Positions 27,660 to 37,995 of a stretch of DNA of 64,000 nt are shown one piece after another. The notes beneath the pieces were generated by a model. The model was not told the origin of the DNA. It ran no database searches and worked only from the letters and a program-made list of their open reading frames with translations. Origin of the DNA: Cellvibrionaceae bacterium. Its GTDB lineage: Bacteria > Pseudomonadota > Gammaproteobacteria > Pseudomonadales > Cellvibrionaceae. The first letter of the stretch is position 1. Every line of letters starts with the position of its first letter. The position numbers and the translations under genes are program-made. The DNA lies in the NCBI GenBank assembly GCA_050290265.1, contig JBNKHI010000010.1, positions 16,276-80,275 of the forward strand. Reading direction: 5' to 3'.

Positions 27660-29117
27660 ATGGCCGGTGTAATACCTCAGCCAACCAGCATCGCTGATGC
27701 TGAAGACAATGATATTCAACCCACCGCGACCGACAATAATACTGGCCCGCAAACAAAAGCAGAGGAACAACCCTGGCCTTCTGCAACATCCAGTTACATT
27801 GCCTTGACTGTTATTATTCTTGCGACCTTTATCAATTTCTTCGACGCTACCGTCTTTAGCATGTTGGCAGAACGGATTAAGGTCAGCTTTGATCTTACCG
27901 ACGAACAACTTGGTTTTCTGGGTGGCCCTGCGAATGTTATTTTTTACGTATTTGTGGGTATCCCCCTGGCACGACTTGCAGACATTTATGCTCGCAAGCG
28001 TGTGCTGGCAGGAGGCATATCAGTCATAGGCCTTGTAACAATGTTAGGAGGCCTGGCACAAAACTTCTGGCATTTTATGGGCACCCGAATGTTTGTCGGC
28101 GCGGGAGGGTCTGCACACGCACCGGCATCTTACTCTTTACTGGCTGACTCATTTCCGCCCAAGAAAATCACCCGTGCTTTTGCCTTATTGCAGCTAGGCT
28201 TTATTGGCGGCTCCACTCTGGGCGTCTATTTTGGCGGCAAGATGATCGCCCATGTAGCAGACTGGCCAACCATGGAATGGATGGGCCTGACGATTTACAA
28301 CTGGCAGTGGGTACTGATCTTTATTGGCTTACCCGGTATTTTACTGGGTGCATTATTTTTGTTTATTAAAGAGCCCGCGCGACGACAGCCGCCAGCCACC
28401 GATCAATTGATTACCCCTGCGCCCACCAATGCCGGCATTGGTCGCAAAATTCTGACCTTTATGGGTTTAGACGCAGCCAAGGCTATCCATGTTAAGCGCA
28501 AAGTGTATTACCCGTTGTTTATCGGTTTAGCCTTAAGCGCAGTAGAGAGTATGGGTATCGCCTTCTGGCGCACGCCGTTTATGATTCGCACCTTTGGTTG
28601 GAGTGAAGAAAAAATCGGCCAGGTCATGGCCCCCATGTTACTGGTCGGGGCATTGATTGGTATTTTCTTTGGCGGCATTTTTGTTGAGTGGTTGGCCAAA
28701 CGGTATGCCGATGCGAATGTACGTGCGGCGGCGATATTATTTTGTGGCACAACTATCACATCAATTGCCGCCCCGATAATGCCGACCGGTGAACTCGCGT
28801 TAGCGATGATGAGCATGGCTTTTATGTTTGGTGTAGCGGGCGCAGTACCTCAAAATGCGGCAATCCAACGTATTGCGCCGCAAAAAATGCGTGGCCAAGT
28901 AACGGCTATTTATTTGTTTATGTTTACCTTTTTTGGCGCGATGGGCAGTTTTGTTATCGGTATTGTGGCACAACGGATTGTGGTGAACCCAGAGGAACTC
29001 TGGAAGGCCTTGTTGATTACCGCGTCAGTGATTCTACCCACGGCAACGTTCTGTATGTATAAAGGCATTAAACCCTATCGCGAAGAAATTGAGCGGATTG
29101 AAACCGGGGTTGTCTAG
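27660..29117 (+). CDS. MFS transporter (Spinster-like)
   Basis: 12-TM pattern, with the motif GGPANVIFYVFVGIPLARLADIYARKR. Start chosen at the ATG with a GAGGAA RBS; the ORF-track TTG start at 27468 is rejected. Confidence 0.85.
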   Translation: MAGVIPQPTSIADAEDNDIQPTATDNNTGPQTKAEEQPWPSATSSYIALTVIILATFINFFDATVFSMLAERIKVSFDLTDEQLGFLGGPANVIFYVFVGIPLARLADIYARKRVLAGGISVIGLVTMLGGLAQNFWHFMGTRMFVGAGGSAHAPASYSLLADSFPPKKITRAFALLQLGFIGGSTLGVYFGGKMIAHVADWPTMEWMGLTIYNWQWVLIFIGLPGILLGALFLFIKEPARRQPPATDQLITPAPTNAGIGRKILTFMGLDAAKAIHVKRKVYYPLFIGLALSAVESMGIAFWRTPFMIRTFGWSEEKIGQVMAPMLLVGALIGIFFGGIFVEWLAKRYADANVRAAAILFCGTTITSIAAPIMPTGELALAMMSMAFMFGVAGAVPQNAAIQRIAPQKMRGQVTAIYLFMFTFFGAMGSFVIGIVAQRIVVNPEELWKALLITASVILPTATFCMYKGIKPYREEIERIETGVV

Positions 29118-29308
29118 CGGCGAGTGCGTTTTTCTTTGCGTAATTCGCAAGCACTCAGCGTTGCGGACCGCTCTTCATCGTCGGCACCATGCCAACCAAG
29201 GATCTCATCAAGCGAGCGATGACACCCCAAACAAACATCATCGTCGTCCAGACAACAATTACGGACACACGGAGAAAGAATCCTTTGTTTATTATTCTGT
29301 GTGTTCAT
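29114..29308 (-). CDS. DUF1289 (YdhL-like) cysteine-rich protein
   Basis: SPCVRNCCLDDDDVCLGCHRSLDEILGW. Confidence 0.8.
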   Translation of the reverse strand: MNTQNNKQRILSPCVRNCCLDDDDVCLGCHRSLDEILGWHGADDEERSATLSACELRKEKRTRR

Positions 29309-29414
29309 TATTTTTCCTCGAAAGAATAATGTCGATTAAACCCTCAATGTTACATCAGAAGTTTGGCAGGTTGAAATTTTTATCCCATATTTACCAGCCA
29401 CTACATAACGGATA

Positions 29415-29903
29415 TTAATCTTTACCTTGGAAGTCACCTTCGCTTTCCGGGCCAAGAGAGGAGGTGCAAAAAGCGCACCTTACCGCACGGCTATCAATGG
29501 TACTCAAACAAAAACTACAGTCTTTGGTTTTCTTTTTCTCTTGTGTCTCATGGGTTACCCGCAAGCGATTAATCCCTTTCACCAGCACGAATGCAAACCA
29601 GGAGACAATTAAAAAGCTCAGTACACTATTAAAAAAAACGCCATAACCTATGGTAACAGCACCGTCTTTATTCGCATCTTGCAATGTGGCATAAGGAGCT
29701 CCATTGACGCCGTCCTTTAATACAATGAACAAATCCGCCAGATCCACACCGCTGGTCAATAATCCGAAAACTGGCGCGATAATGTTGGTAACAAGACTGC
29801 TGGCAATAGTGGCAAAGGCGCCACCCACAACAATACCCACAGCCATATCCAGTACATTGCCTTTGAGCGCAAACTTTTTGTATTCGTCGAACATTTTAGC
29901 CAT
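29415..29903 (-). CDS. mscL: Large-conductance mechanosensitive channel with C-terminal CxxC...CxxC extension
   Basis: FKKFALKGNVLDMAVGIVVGGAF N-terminus and two TM helices. The extra tail is KDCSFCLSTIDSRAVRCAFCTSSL. Confidence 0.9.
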   Translation of the reverse strand: MAKMFDEYKKFALKGNVLDMAVGIVVGGAFATIASSLVTNIIAPVFGLLTSGVDLADLFIVLKDGVNGAPYATLQDANKDGAVTIGYGVFFNSVLSFLIVSWFAFVLVKGINRLRVTHETQEKKKTKDCSFCLSTIDSRAVRCAFCTSSLGPESEGDFQGKD

Positions 29904-29998
29904 CTGAAAATCTCTTGAACCAGGTATTAGAAATGGGTATTAGAAAATAAGTACGTGAATCAGATATTCGGCAAAGCTTAGCGTTACCGCGGTTTTAC

Positions 29999-30496
29999 TT
30001 ACACTTTTTTACCCGCAACAGGCTCGGTAATATCGTCCATATTCACCAAATTCCACGGTAATCCGTTATTACGGTAAATACGTTTATTGAGCGCCGGATA
30101 ATCAGCTACATCATGATTTAGACGCTGGCCCACCACAATACATTTCAGCGTTGTATTACCGTTATTCACGAGTTTATGCGCTTTGCCACCGGCACGATAA
30201 CCAATGAAGTCCCCAGCTGTTACGGTAAAGGAGTCCTCGCCGATAATGGCCTCTGCCTGGCCTTCCAGAATATAAACACACTCGTCTTCGTGGTAGTGAC
30301 AGTGCAACTCGGTAGATTCATGCCCCGGCGCAATCTCAATCAGATGAAAGCCAAACCCCGTTAACCCGGTTAAATCACCCAGTGATTTATTGACCCGTTG
30401 CGCGTTGGGGTTTAGGAAATGGGCTTTGTGGATACCGTCATAAGCTGCAATATCCGCACTGGTGAGTACATATGTTTCCGTCTGTTTGTCTGACAT
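29999..30496 (-). CDS. Cupin domain protein
   Basis: 165 aa: GHESTELHCHYHEDECVYILEG...GDFIGY. Confidence 0.8.
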   Translation of the reverse strand: MSDKQTETYVLTSADIAAYDGIHKAHFLNPNAQRVNKSLGDLTGLTGFGFHLIEIAPGHESTELHCHYHEDECVYILEGQAEAIIGEDSFTVTAGDFIGYRAGGKAHKLVNNGNTTLKCIVVGQRLNHDVADYPALNKRIYRNNGLPWNLVNMDDITEPVAGKKV

Positions 30497-30653
30497 TCGA
30501 ACACCCTGCCCCTCTAAAATATTAGGAAAGTAATAGCCGCATTGTTTACAATGTTATTTTTATACCCAATGCCCATCCAAACCAGGGATGGCTAGAGTCA
30601 CCTTCATTTGACTTACCGATTATTTCAACACCATCTGAACAAGGAAGCAAAAC

Positions 30654-31493
30654 ATGCCGGAAATTATTGAAGACATTGATGTAAACCAATACCTGCCTGC
30701 CGCTGTAGATTGGGCCAGCAATATATTGTTGGCAATTGTCATTCTGCTATTGGGCCTGTGGTTTGCGGGGCGAGTCAACAAACTGATCATTAACGTCAGC
30801 AAAAAATACACACATTTGGATGACACGCTATTCCGTTTTTTAGGGAGCATGGCCCGCTATGTGATTATCGCGTTTGTCATTATTGCGGTGCTGAATCGTT
30901 TCGGTGTTCAGACGGCGTCAATTGTTGCCTTATTAGGTGCTGCAGGCCTCGCCATTGGCCTCGCGCTACAAGGTGCCATGTCGAACTTAGCGGCTGGGGT
31001 AATGCTGTTGATATTCCGACCTTACAAAGTGAATGACTTTATTGATGCTGCCGGCCGCTTTGGCAAGGTAACCGAAATCGATATGTTCACCACAATTCTG
31101 CAAACCTTTGATAATCAACAAATTATCATACCTAACAGCCAGATTTGGGGCGCGCAGATTATCAATCATTCTCACTACGATATCCGCGGTGTTGATATGC
31201 ACTTTGGCATTGCCTACGGCGAAAATACTGATGCAGCCCGCGCAGTCATTGACGCCGTGTTGGCAAATCACCCCCACATATTGGACACACCAGCGCCGTT
31301 TGTGGAGGTCGAGACCTTAAACGACAGCTCGGTAGATTTTATTGTTCGGCCGTTCTGTCATGGCGAGCACTACTTTAATATTCTCTACTCTGTACCCGAG
31401 CAGATTAAAAAGGCGCTCGATGAACATAACATTGAGATTCCGTTCCCGCACCGCAAGGTTATTCTGGTGAATGAAACCGCAAAAACCGAATAG
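30654..31493 (+). CDS. MscS-family mechanosensitive channel
   Basis: 279 aa with three TM helices, then FRPYKVNDFIDAAGRFGKVTEIDMFTTILQTFDNQQIIIPNSQI. Confidence 0.9.
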   Translation: MPEIIEDIDVNQYLPAAVDWASNILLAIVILLLGLWFAGRVNKLIINVSKKYTHLDDTLFRFLGSMARYVIIAFVIIAVLNRFGVQTASIVALLGAAGLAIGLALQGAMSNLAAGVMLLIFRPYKVNDFIDAAGRFGKVTEIDMFTTILQTFDNQQIIIPNSQIWGAQIINHSHYDIRGVDMHFGIAYGENTDAARAVIDAVLANHPHILDTPAPFVEVETLNDSSVDFIVRPFCHGEHYFNILYSVPEQIKKALDEHNIEIPFPHRKVILVNETAKTE

Positions 31494-31516
31494 GTGAAGG
31501 AAACCTCTATTGCCAA

Positions 31517-31550
31517 TGCAAGAAGCCCTGCTGATCAGCAGGGCTTCTTG
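31517..31550. terminator. Strong 14-bp hairpin between convergent genes (no clear U-tract)
   Basis: gcaagaagccctgc-tgatca-gcagggcttcttgc. Confidence 0.5.
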
Positions 31551-31599
31551 CATTTAGTCATTAAAAAGTGTGCCTAAACAGACTTATCGACCAAGACGG

Positions 31600-31911
31600 C
31601 TAAAGATCGTTATTACAGTATTCCACCTTCAGTCGCGGTTTTAGCAACGCCTCCTGCTCAACATGCTCAGTTCGCACTTCGACAATCCAGTCCACCCCTC
31701 TGTCAGACGAACAGACATTAATGGTATAGAGATTGCCGTCGGCATCTTCGAGCTCGTCATAGTTTTCTGAAACACTTTCTGCATGGCTTTCGGCCTTTTC
31801 CATCGGCGATGGTACACCGATCATGTGCAGTTCTTCAGCATCAAGCGTTAATAATAAATATCCACTCGACACTGGCGCTAAATCATCATGCCCTTCAATC
31901 GTAAAGCTCAA
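31600..31911 (-). CDS. Hypothetical acidic protein (103 aa)
   Basis: ORF track only. No family recognised. Confidence 0.5.
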   Translation of the reverse strand: MSFTIEGHDDLAPVSSGYLLLTLDAEELHMIGVPSPMEKAESHAESVSENYDELEDADGNLYTINVCSSDRGVDWIVEVRTEHVEQEALLKPRLKVEYCNNDL

Positions 31912-31980
31912 GGTATTTCCCTTTTAAAAATAAGAACCGGATGGTTGTCTCATAGGATTAGCGGAACACGCAACGTTTAG

Positions 31981-32742
31981 CTAAACAAGGCTAATACCGA
32001 AAATTTCTCGCAGCAGGTAACCCACCAAATAAGCAAGGCTTGCTGCAGCCCCGCCAGTAAGCAGAGTCCCCAGTCCAGAAGTAATAACCGGCTTGGCAAA
32101 AATAAGACTTTTTAGCGTACCGATAGAAAAAAACATCGCCCCGGCGATAACAGCACTGCTAAAAAATTGAACGTGCCTTTCCAAGCCAGGAAGTAAAAAT
32201 GGAACCAGCGGCATAATGCCAACGCCAACAAAGGCAGCAAAGGTTGTTAAGCCAGCTTTAAACGGGTCGGGATTCGCTTTTTGAATACCGTATTCCTCCG
32301 TCAACATGGTGTCTACCCATAACTGTTTTTCTGCACAAATAGTTTGCACGATAGTTTCCAGGACGTCGCCGGTAAAACCTTTTTGCTGAAAGATTTGTCG
32401 GATTTCCTCGCGCTCACCTTCCGGCCAGCGGTCAATATGATCTTCTTCCGTAAGCCGTACGCTGTCACGAAATTCTAACTGGGCCTTAATGGATTCATAA
32501 TTACTAATAGCCATGCTAAACGCATCGGCGATAAGGTTCGCAAAACCCAGTACTAAAGCGACAGATGCGGGAAAGTTAGCGCCAACGGCACCCGATATCA
32601 CCGCGAAGGTGGTCACACAGCCGTCAATCCCGCCTAACACCGCATCGGCAATCAGGCTGGTTTTAGGGGGGGTATTCAACCGCCGTGCAATTGACTCCGG
32701 TTGATGCTCCTGGGCTAGTTGGTCTACATCAGGCTGTTTCAT
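31981..32742 (-). CDS. VIT1/CCC1 family iron/manganese transporter
   Basis: 253 aa: AVLGGIDGCVTTFAVISG..., ANLIADAFSMA, and C-terminal TM helices. Confidence 0.85.
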   Translation of the reverse strand: MKQPDVDQLAQEHQPESIARRLNTPPKTSLIADAVLGGIDGCVTTFAVISGAVGANFPASVALVLGFANLIADAFSMAISNYESIKAQLEFRDSVRLTEEDHIDRWPEGEREEIRQIFQQKGFTGDVLETIVQTICAEKQLWVDTMLTEEYGIQKANPDPFKAGLTTFAAFVGVGIMPLVPFLLPGLERHVQFFSSAVIAGAMFFSIGTLKSLIFAKPVITSGLGTLLTGGAAASLAYLVGYLLREIFGISLV

Positions 32743-32764
32743 ACAGGAATGCCAATACTCGGTT

Positions 32765-33358
32765 CTATTTTTTCCATTTGCTCCAAGGATCTGAACTGTC
32801 TGTGTCCACCGTTTTGCTGGACGGCTTTACCGAACGGTCTGCAGAAAAACGCTGCGGTTTCTTGGCAGGCCGAGAGGTATTTTTATCTGCCCCCCAAGGA
32901 CTGGCGTTTTCATTGCGCGATGGTTTGCTATCCCGGTTTTTCGCGTAAGGCCGTTCGCCTTTATCAGAACGTTGACCACCACGACCAAACGCCGCAGCCT
33001 TTTGCGCGCGTTTTTCACGCAAGCGCTCGGCATCTTCCAAGCTCAGTTCAGCGGGCTCACCGGGTAATTGACCATCGGGAATAATTCGATCACGGGGTGG
33101 TAATTCAAACTGCTCGGCGGAGGCACGCGGTAAACTTTTGTATTGATACAAATAAAATGCCTCCACTTTTTCACGTGCCCAATCCGTCTTTTTTAAAAAC
33201 TTGATGCTGGATTCAATACTGGGGTTGGACCTAAAGCAGTTGATATTCAGGTAGGCGAAGAGAATTTCAAACCCGTAGTGGTCGACAATCTCCGTGAGCA
33301 GATTCTTTAAACTCAAACCATGCAGAGGATTGTTTTTATAATTGGGTTCTTCATTCAT
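32765..33358 (-). CDS. DUF2132 (VF530-like) domain protein with long basic C-terminal tail
   Basis: [33 protein letters not shown]...[15 protein letters not shown], then an R/K/G-rich tail. Start taken at MNEEPNY. Confidence 0.75.
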   Translation of the reverse strand: MNEEPNYKNNPLHGLSLKNLLTEIVDHYGFEILFAYLNINCFRSNPSIESSIKFLKKTDWAREKVEAFYLYQYKSLPRASAEQFELPPRDRIIPDGQLPGEPAELSLEDAERLREKRAQKAAAFGRGGQRSDKGERPYAKNRDSKPSRNENASPWGADKNTSRPAKKPQRFSADRSVKPSSKTVDTDSSDPWSKWKK

Positions 33359-33569
33359 GACATTACCTAACAACAGAATAGATTTACGCGTGCGCAATGC
33401 GTTTTTATATTGCAATTACCCTGTCAGCGCCGTAAGCAGGTTGCAAAATGATTCATTACTTGCCAGCATTTATGCACTTTTCACGCAACTATTAACCCGG
33501 CTAACCCGGCGACTAGCCCGACAATAATGCTTGCCGGATTAATAAAATAACGTAACTAGCGAGTACACA

Positions 33570-34466
33570 ATGGACATTCGATGGCTTGGTATTCAAACCA
33601 GAGCTAACCGCAGCGAACAATTAATTTCGGCTTTGGGCGGTACCGTTAACATCGCGCTGGTAAGCCTTATCAGCTATATATTGCTGGGGTTACAAGGCAC
33701 GCTGGCCATTGTACCCTCTATTGGCGCAGCCACCGTATTACTTTTTGCGGTGCCGCACGGCCCGCTGTCCCAACCCTGGGCATTGTTTGCCGGCAACCTG
33801 ATCTCGGCGTTTATCGGCGTTAGTGTCGCACTTGTCGTGCCTAATATGATCGTGGCCGCCGCACTGGCAGTGGGTTTGGCTATTGGCGCTATGTTGATGT
33901 GCCGCTGTACCCATCCACCGGGCGGCGCTACCGCACTGGCTGCCGTGATTGGCGGTACCAGTATTCACGACCTGGGCTATGGTTATTTGCTAGTACCCGT
34001 TTTACTCAATTGTAGCGTCACGTTTTTAGTCGCGGTTGGTTTTAACAACCTGTTCGGTTGGCGCCGCTACCCAGCAACGGCTATGCGCTATAAACCTATC
34101 GCCATTCCCAGCCGTACGCATATCCCACCGGAAATCCAACATTTGGAAGAAGCATTGACAGAAATAGGGCTGGTTGATGTCACCCCTACTCAGCTGCGAC
34201 AAATTTATAAGGTGGCCGAACAACGACGTATACAGGATGTACTGAGCCACTTTGACTTTGAATTAGGGGCAGTTTACACCAACAATCGTCCCGGTGCGGA
34301 ATGGTCAGTGCGACGCATTATCGATTATGCGCAGCATCCCGACCCGGAAAAAGAGCTGGTTATTTACAAAGTACTTGAGGGTGCACAAAAAAGGCTGACT
34401 GGCAGCTGCACCCGTGCTGAGTTTGCAGACTGGGCCGCGCAACGACTATCACCGGTAAAAACCTGA
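33570..34466 (+). CDS. HPP family membrane protein with C-terminal soluble domain
   Basis: The HPPGGATAL motif and 4-5 TM helices. Confidence 0.85.
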   Translation: MDIRWLGIQTRANRSEQLISALGGTVNIALVSLISYILLGLQGTLAIVPSIGAATVLLFAVPHGPLSQPWALFAGNLISAFIGVSVALVVPNMIVAAALAVGLAIGAMLMCRCTHPPGGATALAAVIGGTSIHDLGYGYLLVPVLLNCSVTFLVAVGFNNLFGWRRYPATAMRYKPIAIPSRTHIPPEIQHLEEALTEIGLVDVTPTQLRQIYKVAEQRRIQDVLSHFDFELGAVYTNNRPGAEWSVRRIIDYAQHPDPEKELVIYKVLEGAQKRLTGSCTRAEFADWAAQRLSPVKT

Positions 34467-34506
34467 GTTTAGGGGTATTTCTGTCCTGATCTGACTGCCT
34501 ACGGAT

Positions 34507-34797
34507 TCAGATTTTGGCAACGTGCTCGGCCAGACAATCGTAGCCACCCATTTCAAATTCACGACAAATCAACGGACGCTTTTCATAAATTGAACAATTC
34601 ATGCTGCTGCGATCCAGGGCAGCACACCAACCGTCGTCCAGGCGTGCCATGGTCATGCCACCCCATTGATCAACCGCTATAAACTTATCGGGTACACCGG
34701 TATCGGTAATCAGCATCACTTCCAGGCGGCAACAGCTAGCCTGACAGGTATTGCAGCTCACCGTAACATCAGGCAACTGTGTAACATCAATGGTCAT
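34507..34797 (-). CDS. YkgJ family cysteine-cluster protein
   Basis: CNTCQASCCRLEV ... C..Y..RP.ICREF. Confidence 0.8.
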   Translation of the reverse strand: MTIDVTQLPDVTVSCNTCQASCCRLEVMLITDTGVPDKFIAVDQWGGMTMARLDDGWCAALDRSSMNCSIYEKRPLICREFEMGGYDCLAEHVAKI

Positions 34798-34840
34798 GGA
34801 AACGACTCGGCATAATAATGACTACGGGTGGTATCAATAA

Positions 34841-34864
34841 GATCAGGACCTGCAGGTCCTGATC
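34841..34864 (-). terminator. Terminator hairpin downstream of the BCCT gene
   Basis: Perfect palindrome gatcaggacc-tgca-ggtcctgatc. The minus strand continues TTATTGAT. Confidence 0.6.
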
Positions 34865-34888
34865 ATTATTAAAGAGGTGAAAAGTACG

Positions 34889-36877
34889 TTAGGAGACGGT
34901 GTTCCAGGGTAATTGTCCCGGCGCCACATCCACAAAATTCAAGTATTGCTCAATGTGGTCAATTAAGTCACGAATCACTTCATCATGGCTATAACCATAC
35001 ACTTCATAACCCAGCGCCCCATGACGGGTATATACGTCTGCCTGCCAATGGGATTTAACTTCTCCGGTTTCGCTCAATACTTCGGGCACCGTGTGCTCTG
35101 TAGCAAAAACCTCATAATAGAAATCGAGAATTTCTTCTCGCGCCAGCTGAAACGTGACACCGTATTCTCCGCGCGTTATTTTAGCGTCCAGTCCATGGTC
35201 AGCCAGTTCCTTCTGCACATCTTCCATGGCGGGCACTACAACATCACCAATAAAGGCCATCACGTTGCGCTGTTCCGGGAACTTAAACAACCCTGACAAG
35301 CGTTTACGCCAGTTGTTATCGTTCCCAGAAGTGCGTGTAGAGTTGCTGGCCGCATGCAGTGTTGCACCTCGATGCCCCTCAATCACTAAGGCTCGCCATA
35401 ACCCAAACGCTGCAATCACCATAATAATCGCAAAAGGTAATGCGGCCAGAACGCTCATGGTCTGGAGAGCACTAAGCCCACCTGCCAACAGCAACGTGGC
35501 CGCGATGATACCTTCCAGCGACGCCCAAAATACACGCTGCCACACCGGTGTTTCATGAGCACCGCCGGATGCCAGTGAGTCGACCACCAGCGAGCCGGAG
35601 TCTGACGACGTGACAAAGAAAGTGATAATCAAACAAACAGTCACAACAGATAGAAACGTCGACCAAGGCAGCAAGTCGTAGAATTCAAACAGCGCTACAG
35701 CATGATCAGCCTGGACTTCGCCAATCAATACTTGCTTGCCCTCTTCCATAATCAGGTGCAAAGCAGTGTCGCCGAAAATGGCAAACCATAAAAAAGTGAA
35801 TAAAGTGGGAACAGTCAACACGCCAAATACGAACTGCCGAATGGTTCGACCGCGACTGATTTTGGCAATAAACAAGCCTACAAATGGAGCCCAGGCGATG
35901 GTCCACGCGAAAATAAAGAGCGTCCAATTGCCGATCCAGTCAGTCTGCGTGTAGGCCTGCATGTTAAATGTGCGTTCAACAATATTCCCTAAATACGCAC
36001 CGGTATTTTGTAAAAAGGCGTCCAAAATATGAATGCTTGGGCCCACCAAAAAGACAATAGTCATTAAGAATATGGCTAATATTATGTTCAATATGGACAA
36101 ATTTTTAATGCCGCGATCCATACCCGCTACCACAGAGGCGGTCGCAGCCAGGGTAATCAGGCCAATCGCGGAAATCTGTACGGTGGTGTTAATAGGAACA
36201 CTCGGCCACAAATAATGAATACCGGCATTAATTTGCGTGACCGACAAACCCAGGGTGGTCGCCAAACCAAACAGCGTACCCAGGATAGCGAACACGTCTA
36301 CTGCGTGACCAATGGGCCCGTAGATACGGTCTCCAATCAACGGATAAAGTGCCGAACGTACGGATAATGGCAACCCATGGCGAAAGGCAAAATACGCCAG
36401 TACCAATCCCATCAAACCGTAAATGCCCCAGATATGCAGGCCCCAATGAAAATAGGCTATTTGCATGGCTTCACGAGCTGCTTGCACGGTTTCTGGCGTT
36501 GCTGACGGCGGCTGCGAAAAATGCAGGACGGGTTCAGCGACGCCAAAAAATAACAACGCAATGCCGTAGCCCGCCGAAAACAACATCGCAAACCACGTGG
36601 GAAAGCTGTATTGGGGTTCGCCATGGTCGGGCCCCAGGCGAATATTGCCCCAACTGCTAAAGCTAACGCAGATAATAAAAATGAGGAAAATAGCGGTGAC
36701 CAGCATATAAAACCAGCCAAAGGTATTTGTCACCCAGGCTAATGCCGCTTTAAATAGCGTGCCTGCCAGCTCGGGGTTACTTAAGGTTCCGACGATTAGC
36801 AATAGAGTAATAATAACAGCGGGAGCGAAGACGGGCAGCAAGACCGCCCCGGACAAAGTTCGTTGTGGGTTAGACAT
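34889..36877 (-). CDS. BCCT family (betaine/carnitine/choline) transporter
   Basis: 662 aa. WGLHIWGIYGL, the Trp-rich signature WTLFIFAWTIAWAPFVGLFIAKISRGRTIRQF, and a C-terminal cytoplasmic domain. Confidence 0.93.
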   Translation of the reverse strand: MSNPQRTLSGAVLLPVFAPAVIITLLLIVGTLSNPELAGTLFKAALAWVTNTFGWFYMLVTAIFLIFIICVSFSSWGNIRLGPDHGEPQYSFPTWFAMLFSAGYGIALLFFGVAEPVLHFSQPPSATPETVQAAREAMQIAYFHWGLHIWGIYGLMGLVLAYFAFRHGLPLSVRSALYPLIGDRIYGPIGHAVDVFAILGTLFGLATTLGLSVTQINAGIHYLWPSVPINTTVQISAIGLITLAATASVVAGMDRGIKNLSILNIILAIFLMTIVFLVGPSIHILDAFLQNTGAYLGNIVERTFNMQAYTQTDWIGNWTLFIFAWTIAWAPFVGLFIAKISRGRTIRQFVFGVLTVPTLFTFLWFAIFGDTALHLIMEEGKQVLIGEVQADHAVALFEFYDLLPWSTFLSVVTVCLIITFFVTSSDSGSLVVDSLASGGAHETPVWQRVFWASLEGIIAATLLLAGGLSALQTMSVLAALPFAIIMVIAAFGLWRALVIEGHRGATLHAASNSTRTSGNDNNWRKRLSGLFKFPEQRNVMAFIGDVVVPAMEDVQKELADHGLDAKITRGEYGVTFQLAREEILDFYYEVFATEHTVPEVLSETGEVKSHWQADVYTRHGALGYEVYGYSHDEVIRDLIDHIEQYLNFVDVAPGQLPWNTVS

Positions 36878-36963
36878 TCATAGTTCCTCCTAGACTATTA
36901 CCCTGACAAACCCCGGCACGAATAGCAACCCCGATCAAATTTCAATCAATTTTTTAAGCGTCG

Positions 36964-37995
36964 TCAAAACTGATTTGACTTGCGCACAGAATCTAGTTGA
37001 CTACACAACATAGCAGCACCCTCAAGAATCCTGACCGTATGCCGCTGTAAATAATCGGGAGGAATAAAAAATAAATGATCATTCTTCACAGCGCGAATAC
37101 TGGGCCATTGGTACCAATCATCCAGCCATTCTGGACGTGCATCGTCGGTACCACTGGCAACAATCACCTCAGGATCAGCCACTAACATGGCTTCCATATT
37201 AATTTGTGGCGCTTTAATAGACAGATCAGAAAATACATTATGACCGCTGCACAATTGAATAATATTATTGATCACGTGATCGCCGCCGATGGTATGTAGC
37301 GGATGATTCCAGACTTGATAAAACACACTGACCGGCGCCAATGCACCGTAGGTTTTTTTGAGTTCATTTAATCTAAACAGAAAGTTTTTACTGGCTTGAT
37401 TTGCTATTTTTTGATGTCCTGTCAACAAACCATAACGCTGAATATTACTGGCAATATCCTTAAGTACTATAGGCTCTGCAATAAAAACAGGAATACCCAA
37501 ATCAATGATGGGCTGAATTTTCGCCATGCCATTTCCACTTGCCCAGGCTACTACTAAGTCAGGCTGCAATTGAACAATGGCTTCCAAGTTGAAATGCGCT
37601 GAATTTCCAACAGACGCAATAGTTCGCGCGGCGGCTGGATAATCACTGTATTCCACTACCCCAACAAGGTTTTCGCCGGCACCAGCAGTAAAGAGATTCT
37701 CAGTGATATGCGGCGCCAGACTAATAATACGTTGCGCAGGCGCTGGCAGTGTAATTGAGCGGCCGACATCATCAACCAGGTTAACAGAAGCAGCCATTAC
37801 TAGCGCATTCATAAGCAATAGAACAAAACCTGAAACATTGCCGGTGCGGATTAACAATCCCATTGATTTTTTTAGAGCCGTACCAAAAAATGACACCACA
37901 CAGCGCACAGAATATTGCTGCACAAACAATGCGCTAAATCGCTTTTTGAAGAACATAATCAATGGCATAAACATTATGGGCACCGCCGATACCAT
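36964..37995 (-). CDS. btuF: Periplasmic cobalamin-binding protein (BtuF-like); start uncertain (37995 or 37863)
   Basis: RIISLAPHITENLFTAGAGENLVGVVEYSDYP...LQPDLVVAW. The ATG at 37995 abuts the cobC stop. The ATG at 37863 gives a cleaner signal peptide. Confidence 0.85.
   Translation of the reverse strand: MVSAVPIMFMPLIMFFKKRFSALFVQQYSVRCVVSFFGTALKKSMGLLIRTGNVSGFVLLLMNALVMAASVNLVDDVGRSITLPAPAQRIISLAPHITENLFTAGAGENLVGVVEYSDYPAAARTIASVGNSAHFNLEAIVQLQPDLVVAWASGNGMAKIQPIIDLGIPVFIAEPIVLKDIASNIQRYGLLTGHQKIANQASKNFLFRLNELKKTYGALAPVSVFYQVWNHPLHTIGGDHVINNIIQLCSGHNVFSDLSIKAPQINMEAMLVADPEVIVASGTDDARPEWLDDWYQWPSIRAVKNDHLFFIPPDYLQRHTVRILEGAAMLCSQLDSVRKSNQF

Noticed and set aside
32685-33084. Plus-strand ORFs (87 and 121 aa) antisense to the DUF2132 gene
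   Set aside because: They are shadow frames of the basic-tail coding region and have no independent support.
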